A stretch of 64,000 nt of DNA from Nitrososphaeraceae archaeon (lineage in GTDB: Archaea > Thermoproteota > Nitrososphaeria > Nitrososphaerales > Nitrososphaeraceae), in NCBI GenBank assembly GCA_035250975.1, contig DATFEP010000064.1:1-64000 (forward strand), in the 5' to 3' direction. Below, one piece after another: positions 20,335 through 30,896 of this stretch; within the stretch, counting starts at the first letter, position 1, and the number at the start of each line of letters is the position of its first letter. The notes beneath the pieces were generated by a model. It did no database searches. It worked only from the letters and a program-made list of their open reading frames with translations, and had not been told where the DNA came from. Position numbers and translations under genes: made by a program.

Positions 20335-21132
20335 ATGGATACTTTAAGAAACCTAGATCCTAATCAAAACGAGAGAAAAAATAGAATAAAATTAAAGTAT
20401 TTTTTTGTTTACCAGATCTTGTTAATAGCGTATCTAACTGGAGTATTATGGTTAAGGAGAAACCCTCTTTCCCTAGTTTTTTCTGCTATTACACCATTTT
20501 CAATACTTTTTGTATTGCTGGTAATCAGTGATGGACAATATTCAAAATATGCGGTTTCTGGCGGTCTAGTCATGGCATTAGTAGGATATGGACTTGCATT
20601 GGGTCAGGATATCGCATATTACAAGACAGAATACAAAATTCAAGACGTTTTTGTTGCCTCACCAGTTTCATCTCTGACATATATGACAGGACTTGCATTA
20701 TCTGAAATACTTTTTGGACTTCCAGCTCTTGTATTTTTAATATTAATGCTATTTTATTTTGGTCTCTCTATATCTTTTCTTCCCTTGTTGATTTTTACGG
20801 TCCTAGTAATATGGATATCGACATCTGCGATGGGGTTCTTTTTATCCTCAAGAATGCTACATATGAAAAATGCAACCCAGGTAATATCGTTTATAAATGT
20901 ACTTCTTGCAGTTCTTCCGCCAGTATTCTATTCAATAGAAAAATTGCCTGAGTGGCTTCAAATTTTTGCTTATACAGTACCAACTACACATGCATCATTG
21001 ATGATCCAGTATTCCATGGGCTTGAAAATACCAGAAGAATGGAACATCTGGACTGGGATTTTTGTCGAGATTGTATATGCAACTGGTTTCATAATTTTAG
21101 CAAAAACTAAAGCAATTTGGAGAGATTCATAA
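20335..21132 (+). CDS. ABC-2 type transporter permease
   Basis: About six TM segments; PVFY..EKLPEWLQ..AY..PTTH motif. Confidence 0.82.
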   Translation: MDTLRNLDPNQNERKNRIKLKYFFVYQILLIAYLTGVLWLRRNPLSLVFSAITPFSILFVLLVISDGQYSKYAVSGGLVMALVGYGLALGQDIAYYKTEYKIQDVFVASPVSSLTYMTGLALSEILFGLPALVFLILMLFYFGLSISFLPLLIFTVLVIWISTSAMGFFLSSRMLHMKNATQVISFINVLLAVLPPVFYSIEKLPEWLQIFAYTVPTTHASLMIQYSMGLKIPEEWNIWTGIFVEIVYATGFIILAKTKAIWRDS

Positions 21133-21188
21133 TCTGCACATTATGTTGTATGATAGGAATTTGATATTTTAGTAGGTTGAGCCGTGAG

Positions 21189-21263
21189 AGGTCATGGTGG
21201 GATTTGGACCCACGACCTAAGGTTTACAAAACCTTCGCTCTAGCCAGGCTGAGCTACATGACC
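21189..21263 (-). tRNA. tRNA-Thr(TGT)
   Basis: GGTCATG/CATGACC acceptor, AAGGT-TTTGTAA-ACCTT anticodon arm, GTGGG-TCCAAAT-CCCAC T arm, discriminator T. Confidence 0.9.
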
Positions 21264-21354
21264 AGAAATTCTATCGAAATTTTCTAACAACTATAATTAA
21301 TTCTTTATTATTAATTAAAACGTATTTAAGTAATTAAAGATTTTAAGATATCAA

Positions 21355-21630
21355 TTGTCAGTGGGAAACGATTATACAGTTTTAGTCACTATTGAAAATA
21401 AAAAATTTATAAATGATCCTGAAGGAAAAACAATACTCCAAGATCTGATTTTAAAAAGTCGATATTTTCAAATTAAATCCGTTAGAACTGCAAAAGTTTT
21501 GAAGTTGACGGTAGATGCAGAAACAGCCAATGAAGCTACTGAAATTGTAAAGAAAATGTGTGATGATCTCAGAATATTCAATCCAATAGTAAGTGATTGC
21601 AAAGTTTCAATTTCAGATCAATATAAGTAA
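21355..21630 (+). CDS. purS: FGAM synthase subunit PurS
   Basis: DPEGKTI, VRTAK, FNPIV. Confidence 0.9.
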   Translation: MSVGNDYTVLVTIENKKFINDPEGKTILQDLILKSRYFQIKSVRTAKVLKLTVDAETANEATEIVKKMCDDLRIFNPIVSDCKVSISDQYK

Positions 21631-21774
21631 AAAAATAAAAAAATAAAAAAATAGAATCTTACGGCTCACTCAGAATTTATTAAAGATCAATCAAGATAAG
21701 ATTTCAATGCTTTAGATAAGATCTTTAAAATCCTAGATAACATATTTAAAAAATTTTTTAATTTGATAGCACAA

Positions 21775-22185
21775 TCAATGTGAAGAAAGGGCTCCATCTA
21801 AGAGCAAAATTGTTCTCAGATGTTTGGCCAAGTCTGTAACGGTAACTATTCCAACTAATTTATCATTATCTATTATGGGAAGTCTTCTTATCCTATTATT
21901 TATCATTCTTTGAACAGCTACTTCTATAAACGTATCAGGTGCTGCATAGGTTCTGATTTTTGACATGATTTGCCCTATCTGAACTTCTGATAATTGTAGT
22001 TCTTTAAGACAAATCTTTTTGATAAAATCTCTTTCTGTTACAATACCAACTGGTTGATCTCCAGATAAAACTATTAGAGAACTTACTCCTTTGTCTGTCA
22101 TTATCTTGGCAGCTTCTAACGCAGAACGTTCCTTTGAGATAGTAACTAGATCTTTGCTCATGATATCCTTTACTTGTTCAGCCAC
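21775..22185 (-). CDS. CBS-domain protein
   Basis: Tandem CBS repeats (GIVTERD, IRRLPII, GIVTVTD). Confidence 0.9.
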   Translation of the reverse strand: MAEQVKDIMSKDLVTISKERSALEAAKIMTDKGVSSLIVLSGDQPVGIVTERDFIKKICLKELQLSEVQIGQIMSKIRTYAAPDTFIEVAVQRMINNRIRRLPIIDNDKLVGIVTVTDLAKHLRTILLLDGALSSH

Positions 22186-22359
22186 AGACAGTCAATGATA
22201 GGATAGAAGAAAATCCTTATAATTCTATCAATTCCTATTTAAATTAGAGATTCACTCATATTTGACAGTGTCAGCATAAATACTGCTACAACAGGTCGAA
22301 ATAAAATATGGCTAACCAAAAATATTAATTATTATCAAATAACTACTTTACACATCCAA

Positions 22360-23043
22360 ATGCGTAAAATTGGCGTTGCTGTCTTCCCTGGTAGTAATTG
22401 TGATAAAGATGTTTACCATGTTATTTCAAATATCTTCAAAATAAAGACTGACTTTATTTGGCATACCAAGGAGAAAATAACAGGTTATGATGCCATAATA
22501 ATCCCTGGTGGTTTTTCATATGGCGATAGACTACGAGCTGGAATTATCGCAGCACACAGTCCAATAATTAAAGAAGTAAAAAGACTAGGAAAAGAAGGTA
22601 CTTTGATTCTAGGTATTTGTAATGGATTTCAAATATTGGTAGAATCAGAATTATTACCTGGAGCCCTTATAACAAATGAATCACTAAAATTCGTGTGCAA
22701 GTGGGCAGACATTCAAGTAAATAATAATACTATTCCTTTTACCAATGAATTTAGGGAGGGACAAGTTTTTAAAATTCCTCTGGCTCATGGAGAGGGGCGT
22801 TATGTTATTTCAGAAGAGAGATTAAAGGAATTGAAAAATAATAACCAAATAGTATTCAGTTACCAGCAAGATAATCCTAACGGATCGTTTGAGTCTATAG
22901 CAGGAGTTTGTAATGAGGTTGGAAATATCATGGGAATGATGCCACATCCTGAAAGAGCATGTCAGACAGAGTTAAGAGGATTTGGACTTAATAACGAGGC
23001 AATGAAAATTTTTGAATCATTAATAAACTATTTAAAAAAATAA
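22360..23043 (+). CDS. purQ: FGAM synthase glutaminase subunit PurQ
   Basis: FPGSNCD, PGGFSYGD, GICNGFQ, MPHPER. Confidence 0.95.
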   Translation: MRKIGVAVFPGSNCDKDVYHVISNIFKIKTDFIWHTKEKITGYDAIIIPGGFSYGDRLRAGIIAAHSPIIKEVKRLGKEGTLILGICNGFQILVESELLPGALITNESLKFVCKWADIQVNNNTIPFTNEFREGQVFKIPLAHGEGRYVISEERLKELKNNNQIVFSYQQDNPNGSFESIAGVCNEVGNIMGMMPHPERACQTELRGFGLNNEAMKIFESLINYLKK

Positions 23044-23079
23044 GCTCATAAATGGTAAATTATATGTATTTTATTCTAC

Positions 23080-25320
23080 TTGAATATATTAACAAACTCA
23101 GAATTACGATACCTTCAAAAAAAATTAGGTAGAAACCCCAACGATCTTGAAAAGGAGATAGTAGGTGCAGAATGGTCCGAACATTGTTCTTATAAATCTT
23201 CTAAAAAATACATCAGGTTGCTTCCTAACAAAGGAGAGAGAATTATTGTCGGTCCTGGTTATGACGCAGGCGTAATAGATATAGGAGACAATCAGATAAT
23301 TACCATACATATAGAAAGCCATAACCATCCATCTGCCGTCGAGCCTTATGGAGGAGCTGCAACAGGGGTGGGTGGAGTGATTAGGGACATTATTTCTATG
23401 GGTACGATGCCGATAGCTCTTTTGAATTCCTTGAGATTTGGTGATATAGATAATGGTTCCAATGTTTTTAAAAGAAATGCAGCAAAGAAAAATAATTATA
23501 AATATTCTCATTCAAGATGGTTGTTAAAAAATGTTGTTCGTGGAATAGCTGATTACGGGAATTGTATAGGTATACCTACTATTGCTGGAGAAGTAGAGTT
23601 TGATAATTCATTTGAAAATTATTGTTTGGTGGATGTGGCTTCTATCGGTTTTGGAAGGAAGGAAAAGATAATTCAAAATAAAGTTGAGGAGAACGATCTG
23701 ATTATTTTAGCAGGCGGGTTAACCGGAAGAGATGGAATTCATGGGGCATCTTTTGCTTCAAAAGAACTAGAAGATGATGAGGAGGACAGATCTGCAGTAC
23801 AGATTCCAGATCCGTTTCTAGAAAAATTAATTATGGAAGTAACCCGAGAGGCTATTGAAGATAATTTAATCAAAGCAGTAAAAGATCTAGGAGGAGGCGG
23901 ATTATCATGCTGTCTTTCAGAGACATCTAGTAATTTGGAAAAGGGATTCGAAATTGAATTGGAACATATTCCTACTAAACATCCAGACATGATTCCGGCT
24001 GAACTAATGATATCTGAATCACAAGAAAGAATGCTCTTCATCACTAATAAGCAAAAGTTAAAGAAATTAGAAAAAATATTTGAAAAATATGAAATCCCTT
24101 TTGCAATAATAGGAAAAGTAAAAGGTCACAGTGACCTTGTTATATCAAAAGATGGACAACAACTAGCAAAGATGCCTTCTGCCTTGATTGCCCATGCACC
24201 TTTATTGAACAGGAGGATTAGAAGGCCGTCTTATCTAGGAGGAACACAAAAATTAAAAAATAAAGTAAGGATGCCTAAAGATCTTGGCTCTGTCCTTTTA
24301 ACTCTACTTTCGAATCCCACGATAGCCTCAAAACAGTGGATATACCAACAATATGACCAAGAAATAGGATTAAGAACAATTTTAAAACCGGGATTAACAG
24401 ATTCTGCAGTTCTAAAATTAAGCGAAGATAAATTCCTTGCATCGAAACTGGATGGAAATTCGAAGATATGTTACCTTGATCCTTATCATGGAACACTATC
24501 ATGTCTTTCAGAGGCTAAAAGAAATATTATTTGTTCTGGTGCATATCCAATTGGAATAGTTGATCATCTTCAGTTTGGCAATCCAACAAATCCTGAAATA
24601 TTTTGGACTTTTAAGAAGAGCATAGAAGCACTAATAAAATTTAGCAAATTTAATAAAATTCCCGTAGTAGGAGGGAAGGTTAGTTTTTATAATGAAACAA
24701 AAAAAGGGGCTATAAAACCATCTCCGGTTATTGGAATGATAGGATTAATAGAAAATAGAAAACAGATCACGAAATCTACTCCGGAAGATGATGATGACCT
24801 CTTTGTTATAGGAAATACAACTGAAGACATGGGTGGATCGGAATATTATGAATATGTTCATAGTATAACAGGAGGAAGGGTTCCAAGCGTGGATCTAAAA
24901 ACAGATTCGTTAAATTCAAAGACAGTTTTAGAAGGAATTAAGAAAGGATTGATTAGCTGTGCACACGATTGCTCTAAAGGTGGCCTTGCCATAGCATTGT
25001 CTGAAATGGCAATTGGAAGTGGACGCACCATTCAAATAGATTTAGAGAGTATTCCTAATACTTGCAAAAGGTTAGATAATATGCTCTTCTCTGAAAACCC
25101 TTCAAGATTTATTATTGGTACCGGAAACCCTGAGAAATTAGAAAATTATCTTGAAAAGATAAAGAATTTAAGATTTTCAAAAATAGGAACATCTGGGGCA
25201 TCAAAGATTAGAACCGAAAAAATCATTTTCAAAAGTAGAAATAGAAAAGTCTTAGATATCGATATTGCCAACGCACAGAAAAGTTATCAGAGTATAACGG
25301 AGATAATGGATAAAGGTTAA
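23080..25320 (+). CDS. purL: FGAM synthase subunit PurL
   Basis: WSEHCSYKS, ESHNHPS, GAATGVGG, SESQERM. Confidence 0.95.
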   Translation: MNILTNSELRYLQKKLGRNPNDLEKEIVGAEWSEHCSYKSSKKYIRLLPNKGERIIVGPGYDAGVIDIGDNQIITIHIESHNHPSAVEPYGGAATGVGGVIRDIISMGTMPIALLNSLRFGDIDNGSNVFKRNAAKKNNYKYSHSRWLLKNVVRGIADYGNCIGIPTIAGEVEFDNSFENYCLVDVASIGFGRKEKIIQNKVEENDLIILAGGLTGRDGIHGASFASKELEDDEEDRSAVQIPDPFLEKLIMEVTREAIEDNLIKAVKDLGGGGLSCCLSETSSNLEKGFEIELEHIPTKHPDMIPAELMISESQERMLFITNKQKLKKLEKIFEKYEIPFAIIGKVKGHSDLVISKDGQQLAKMPSALIAHAPLLNRRIRRPSYLGGTQKLKNKVRMPKDLGSVLLTLLSNPTIASKQWIYQQYDQEIGLRTILKPGLTDSAVLKLSEDKFLASKLDGNSKICYLDPYHGTLSCLSEAKRNIICSGAYPIGIVDHLQFGNPTNPEIFWTFKKSIEALIKFSKFNKIPVVGGKVSFYNETKKGAIKPSPVIGMIGLIENRKQITKSTPEDDDDLFVIGNTTEDMGGSEYYEYVHSITGGRVPSVDLKTDSLNSKTVLEGIKKGLISCAHDCSKGGLAIALSEMAIGSGRTIQIDLESIPNTCKRLDNMLFSENPSRFIIGTGNPEKLENYLEKIKNLRFSKIGTSGASKIRTEKIIFKSRNRKVLDIDIANAQKSYQSITEIMDKG

Positions 25321-25462
25321 TTATATACCAAAATTGGTTTTTGGTATTTTTCAATGTAAAATCAATTACATAAAGTGAACCCCAATTATATGACACTCCA
25401 GATTTTTGTTAAAAACCGATACTTAAAATATTTTATTGATCTTACTTATTTTGTCGGTCTGG

Positions 25463-26905
25463 ATGTTGAGAGAAAATTGTGGGGTTGTTGGTGCTTTCTC
25501 TCTGGACCAACACAATGTCATTCCAATTATAATTGATTGTTTGAGATCATTACAGCATAGAGGACAAGAAGCATGGGGAATAGCTATACCAAATAAAGAA
25601 CCGTTTAGACAATTAGGTCTGGTTTCAAGCTATGCTGACCATTTTAATAAAGTAGTTAGAAAATATACATCTCATGCTGGAATAGGTCATGTAAGATATT
25701 CTACCTTTGGTAGAAGCAGTATAGAAAATGCACAACCTTTGAAAGTAAAAGATCTATGTGTAGCTCATAATGGAACTATAGCAAATGTTGAGGAACTTTC
25801 AAACATGGTGGGAGGGTGTACATTTACACCTCAAACAATGAGTGATACATTAGTTGCTGCCAAGCGACTAGTTGAACACCTCTCGAATAAAATGAACTTA
25901 TTTGAATCAATCAAGATCTTAAAACAAGAAATGATAGGTTCATTCTGTTTTACTTTTTTGACAGATAAAGGTGATGTATACGCTGCAAGGGACACAAAAG
26001 GATTTAGACCGATGGTACTAGGTTACCACAAAGAAACCAAAACTTACATAGTAGCATCAGAATCATGTGCGTTTTCTGCAGTGGGAGCATTTCTTGTTAG
26101 AGATGTAGAACCTGGGGAGTTGATTAAATTAAGTTTTGATGGATTAGAAACTCAGATCTTTTCTTCTGAAAAACCCCATGCACATTGTGCGTTTGAATAT
26201 ACATATTTCGCCCATCCATCCAGCATAATGGAAGGTGTCAACATCTATGCAGCAAGAAAGAGAATTGGACACTATCTAGGTAAAAAATTTCCTGTACAAT
26301 CTGCTGACGTAGTCATTCCTGTTCCAGATTCTGCCAGACCTGCAGCCCTGGGTTATGCACAAGAGACGGGAATACCATTTGAAGAAGGATTAGTAAAAGA
26401 CAGACACTCGAGAAAGGGAGTTCTACGTAGTTTTATCGAACCATATCAAGCGGATCGTGTAGAAATTAATGAAGGAATTTTACCAATCGAAGATATAATA
26501 AAAGGTAAAAATGTTGTCGTTATTGATGACAGCATTATTAGAGGCACCAGCTCAGCATCTATAATTCGAACCTTAAGAAGCGCAGGAGCAAAAAAGATTT
26601 TTATGATAATAACATATCCTCCTGTTAGGTTTCCTTGTTATGCAGGTATTGATTTTCCTTCTATGGAAGAGCTTTTAGCTAATCATGAATTTGACGATAG
26701 GCTAAATGAGAAAAAAATAGATTTGAACGTAAAAATCGCAAAGTTAATCGATGCGGACAAGGTATTTTATAACGATACTACCAATCTTGCAAAAGCAATA
26801 GGAATTCCAGAAAAAGAATTGTGTTTTACCTGTTCTACTGGAGACTACACATCTTTAGGAATGAAGCCAAAATTTAGATCCAGAGAAGAAGTGAAGGGAG
26901 GGTAA
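25463..26905 (+). CDS. purF: amidophosphoribosyltransferase
   Basis: ENCGVVG, QHRGQE, DDSIIRGT PRPP loop, Fe-S cysteines (HCAFE, PCY, CFTC); ATG at 25463 preferred. Confidence 0.95.
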   Translation: MLRENCGVVGAFSLDQHNVIPIIIDCLRSLQHRGQEAWGIAIPNKEPFRQLGLVSSYADHFNKVVRKYTSHAGIGHVRYSTFGRSSIENAQPLKVKDLCVAHNGTIANVEELSNMVGGCTFTPQTMSDTLVAAKRLVEHLSNKMNLFESIKILKQEMIGSFCFTFLTDKGDVYAARDTKGFRPMVLGYHKETKTYIVASESCAFSAVGAFLVRDVEPGELIKLSFDGLETQIFSSEKPHAHCAFEYTYFAHPSSIMEGVNIYAARKRIGHYLGKKFPVQSADVVIPVPDSARPAALGYAQETGIPFEEGLVKDRHSRKGVLRSFIEPYQADRVEINEGILPIEDIIKGKNVVVIDDSIIRGTSSASIIRTLRSAGAKKIFMIITYPPVRFPCYAGIDFPSMEELLANHEFDDRLNEKKIDLNVKIAKLIDADKVFYNDTTNLAKAIGIPEKELCFTCSTGDYTSLGMKPKFRSREEVKGG

Positions 26906-27194
26906 TAGGATTTCTTATAAAAAAAATGTTACTCCCACCAGTCAATAAATGCGGAAAAAATCGCTTAAAAATCACTGCTCAGTCTAGCCATGTCTAGAAG
27001 TATCTATTTATACATAAAGAGACAAATGTCCTCTTCCAGGTAATTTGTTAATAATCATATTGAGTGAGAAAACTAGATCTATTGAAAATAGTTCCTGTAC
27101 AATTATAAAAATAATTGATGAAATTTTTTTTGAATTTATTCCTACAAATGATTTAAAATAAATTTATATCTTTAAGAAATTTATTTCTTGCTGA

Positions 27195-27899
27195 TTGGAT
27201 GCAATCAAAGTCTTTGCAATAGATATCGATGGTACTTTAACCGAAAATGGTGGAGGAATGTTACACTTACCTGCAATTCAAAATTTCAGAACTCTAGAAA
27301 AATTAGGGTACAAGATAATATATGTGACGGGACGTTCCTCAGTCGAAGCATTAGTGTTAGCTGTTTTCGGAGGCACTACTAGAATTGCAGTCGGAGAGAA
27401 CGGTGGAGTAGTTACCACTGGTCCGACCGAACATATAATATTAGGAAATAAAGAGGAATGCGTAAGAGGTTATAATATTCTTAAAAAATCTCTAAGTGGA
27501 GTAAGAATGAAAAGAGTTTTTAATAGACTGTCAGAAGTGGTCTTAGAAAGATCTTTTGATCTTAAAACTGCCCAAAACATTTTTGATCAGAATAATCTTG
27601 ATCTTAATTTAATTGATAGTAAATTTTCTTTTCACATTAACAGTAAAAATGTAAACAAGGCATTTGGATTTAGCATAGCATTACAAATAATGAATGTCAA
27701 ACCTTCCGAAACCATAGCTATAGGAGATAGTGAAACAGACATTCCGTTATTTGACTACTGTGGTTACAGTATAGCTCTTAACCACTCGGATGATAATGTA
27801 AAATCAAAGGCAGACTATGTAGTTAAGGGCTCTAGTGGCACTGGCCTGGTTGAAGCATTGGATCATATTGCATTAAAATTTCTTGGTGAGATAAAATAA
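27195..27899 (+). CDS. HAD-IIB phosphoglycolate phosphatase (TA0175-type)
   Basis: DIDGTLT, TGR, ENGG, GDSETD. Confidence 0.88.
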   Translation: MDAIKVFAIDIDGTLTENGGGMLHLPAIQNFRTLEKLGYKIIYVTGRSSVEALVLAVFGGTTRIAVGENGGVVTTGPTEHIILGNKEECVRGYNILKKSLSGVRMKRVFNRLSEVVLERSFDLKTAQNIFDQNNLDLNLIDSKFSFHINSKNVNKAFGFSIALQIMNVKPSETIAIGDSETDIPLFDYCGYSIALNHSDDNVKSKADYVVKGSSGTGLVEALDHIALKFLGEIK

Positions 27900-29930
27900 A
27901 TGACATTTTCAAAAGTTATTGATGAAATTAAAAATTTATTATCCTTATCGTTTTCGGAATTAAATTATCCGTCTATTGAATATGAAGTTACAGAACCTCC
28001 ATTAAAGGAATTTGGGGATTTAACATCTAACATAGCCTTTTTACTTGGAAAGAAATTAAAAAGAAAACCTAGCTCTATAGCAAATGAGATTGTTGAAAAA
28101 GTAATACTTCCAAGAATCGATACTGATAGTAAAGACAGGAGATCTCTTGTTCTTTCTGCACAGGCACATATTGCAGGCCACATAAATTTTAAAATTAATT
28201 ATGAATTGTTCAGCAAGTTTCTACTAGAGATATTAGATGAAGAAAAAGTACAATTTTTAAATGTAGGTAAAGGACAAAGAATTATAATAGAACACACAAG
28301 TGTCAATCCAAATAAGGCTATTCATATTGGACACTTGAGAAATATGGTTATTGGTGATACGCTTTACAGGATTTTTAAATCTACCAATCATCATGTTACA
28401 GTGCTCAACTATATTGATGATTCAGGTGTCCAGTTTGCAGATATTATAGTCGCTTTTCGATTTGGAGGATTTGAAATTGATCCTCCAGATAAAAATATCA
28501 AATTTGATCACTATTGTGGAGACATATATGTAAAGATGAATGAAATCTATCAGAATAATCCGTATCTGGCCGAGAAAAGAACGTGGATAATCAAAGAAAT
28601 TGAAAAAGGAAATAATGAGATATCTACGTTTACATGGAATATTGTGAAGAAAGTTATGTTAGAACAATTAAAAACATGTTGGAGAATGAAAGCAAGATAC
28701 GATATTTTAAACATAGAATCACAGATATTAGTTTCTGGATTATGGGAACAAACTTTTAATTTGCTGAAAGAAAGAGAAATAATTAGATATAACAGAGAGG
28801 GAAAAAATAAAGACTGCTGGGTAATTCAGCCAGAAAAGGAAGAAGAAAAAGTCATCGTTAGAAGTGATGGTACAGCTACTTATATCGCCAAGGATATCCC
28901 TTATGCTACTTGGAAGTTGGGTCTAGTTAGAGACCCCTTTGTATATACGGTATTTGCCGAACAATGGGATGGAACTAAATTATTTAAGACTGACATTTTA
29001 GATCACATAAACAATTTTCATGATAATAACGGGTTAAAAGAAAAAAAAGAAAATGATGACAGGATTGATAACAATAACAAAAATAGTAAAAATGATAAGA
29101 TAACAGGAACAGAGGATGAGCATAAGATTTTTTCTCAATTGCCTGACAAGGTAATTACACTAATAGACTCAAGACAGGCACGTTTACAAAACATTATTTC
29201 TCAGATAATTCAAAAACTGGACACAAATTCTCAAAAATATTACTATTTAGGATATGAAACAGTTGCTTTAAGCCATCAAACGGTTAAAGAGATGGGCATA
29301 CAAACACAAGATAAAGACAAACGTATAATTCATATGTCAGGAAGAAAAGGAATTTTCGTAAATGCAGACAACATCATCGATGAATTGAGTAGAAAAGCGG
29401 TCATAGAAATAAAGTCTAGAAATCCACATTTGATTGATTCTGAGATAAAAGTTATTGCTGAAGGAATAGCAGTATCGGCGTTAAGATATAGTTTAATTAA
29501 ACAGGACCTAGAAAAAATGATTACTTTTGATATCAAAGATGCGCTAAATCTTGATGGAGATACGTCCCTGTACTTACAGTATTCTTATGCCAGAGCTATT
29601 AGAATTATAGAAAAAGCAGAAAGTACTGAAAAAGAGGGGGATGTAAAATTACATTTGTTAAATCAAGATATCGAAAAAGAATTGATAAAGGATATTCTCA
29701 AATATGAGATGGTGGTTGGAGAAGCGCTTAGAACTCTTAGTCCCAAAGTTATCGCACGGTATTCCAACAGAATAGCCACAAAGTTCAACATATTCTATGA
29801 AAGTGTTCCTGTACTTAATGAACAAAACAAAGAAATCATGATCGCGAGACTGACATTGGTAAATTCATTTGCTATTGTATTAAAAGCACTATTTTTACTA
29901 TTAGGTATCGAACCATTCAAAAGAATATAG
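27900..29930 (+). CDS. argS: arginyl-tRNA synthetase
   Basis: SVNPNKAIHIGHLRN, RSDGTATY, MSGRKG, YLQYSYAR. Confidence 0.95.
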   Translation: MTFSKVIDEIKNLLSLSFSELNYPSIEYEVTEPPLKEFGDLTSNIAFLLGKKLKRKPSSIANEIVEKVILPRIDTDSKDRRSLVLSAQAHIAGHINFKINYELFSKFLLEILDEEKVQFLNVGKGQRIIIEHTSVNPNKAIHIGHLRNMVIGDTLYRIFKSTNHHVTVLNYIDDSGVQFADIIVAFRFGGFEIDPPDKNIKFDHYCGDIYVKMNEIYQNNPYLAEKRTWIIKEIEKGNNEISTFTWNIVKKVMLEQLKTCWRMKARYDILNIESQILVSGLWEQTFNLLKEREIIRYNREGKNKDCWVIQPEKEEEKVIVRSDGTATYIAKDIPYATWKLGLVRDPFVYTVFAEQWDGTKLFKTDILDHINNFHDNNGLKEKKENDDRIDNNNKNSKNDKITGTEDEHKIFSQLPDKVITLIDSRQARLQNIISQIIQKLDTNSQKYYYLGYETVALSHQTVKEMGIQTQDKDKRIIHMSGRKGIFVNADNIIDELSRKAVIEIKSRNPHLIDSEIKVIAEGIAVSALRYSLIKQDLEKMITFDIKDALNLDGDTSLYLQYSYARAIRIIEKAESTEKEGDVKLHLLNQDIEKELIKDILKYEMVVGEALRTLSPKVIARYSNRIATKFNIFYESVPVLNEQNKEIMIARLTLVNSFAIVLKALFLLLGIEPFKRI

Positions 29931-30009
29931 AAAATCAAACAAATTATTAGTCGCTAACAATTTATTATTTATAACATATATTAATTGAAAAAAAATATCA
30001 TAGAAAAAT

Positions 30010-30810
30010 ATGAAGATAACAGAAGGAAGTTATGTCCTACTATTCCATAGTCCGAGAAAAAAATGGTTAGTAAAAGCAGAACAGGATAAAAAGATGCATA
30101 CCCATCTTGGAATAATAGATCTGTCTTTAATATTGGGAATGGAATATGGAGCGACCGTAATGACGACTTTAGAAAAGAAGATCTATTTGATAGAGCCAAC
30201 TATCCATGACTTTATTATGAAATCTGAGAGAAATACTCAGATAGTTTATCCCAAAGACCTTGGTTTCATTGCCATAAGAACAGGAATCCAGAATGGCTCC
30301 AAAGTATTAGAGATTGGAACGGGGAGTGGGGCTTTAACTACTTTTCTTGCTAGCATAGTTAAACCAAATGGCCATATATTTACTTTCGATGTCAACCCTG
30401 CATTTATGAAAATTGCCAAGAAAAATATGATCAAAGCAAAAATCGATGGATTTGTAACAATGCATCAATACGATGTCCATGATGGTCTTGATTTAACAGA
30501 TATGGATGTCGCAATAGTAGATCTGGGAGATCCTTGGACCATAGTGGAAGAGGTATACAAAGCATTGAAAGGGAGTGGGGCTTTTCTAGGAATATGTCCT
30601 ACTATGAATCAGGCTGAAAAGACTGCTATTGCTTTAAAAGAAAATAATTTTACAGACATAGAATGTGTAGAGATCTTAATTAGAAATATAGAGGCAAGAG
30701 AAGGGATGTCAAGACCATCTATGAGAATGATAGGACATACAACGTATCTGATATTTGCAAGAAAGGTTTTTCCGATGATTAAGCCTGAAAACATAATGAA
30801 TGAAAAATGA
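30010..30810 (+). CDS. trmI: tRNA (adenine-N1)-methyltransferase
   Basis: TQIVYPKD, EIGTGSG, DLGDPW, HTTYL. Confidence 0.92.
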   Translation: MKITEGSYVLLFHSPRKKWLVKAEQDKKMHTHLGIIDLSLILGMEYGATVMTTLEKKIYLIEPTIHDFIMKSERNTQIVYPKDLGFIAIRTGIQNGSKVLEIGTGSGALTTFLASIVKPNGHIFTFDVNPAFMKIAKKNMIKAKIDGFVTMHQYDVHDGLDLTDMDVAIVDLGDPWTIVEEVYKALKGSGAFLGICPTMNQAEKTAIALKENNFTDIECVEILIRNIEAREGMSRPSMRMIGHTTYLIFARKVFPMIKPENIMNEK

Positions 30811-30896
30811 GAATGACAGTTAAATAACAATATTTTTAGAAGATAAGTTTTATAATTATAATATTGTTTTTCAATCAAAATAAGAAGTGAAAGAGA

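Noticed and set aside
26906-27190. Possible C/D-box sRNA or small ORF between purF and the phosphatase
   Set aside because: Only an isolated CTGA and TGAT were seen; no convincing C box/D box pair or ORF.
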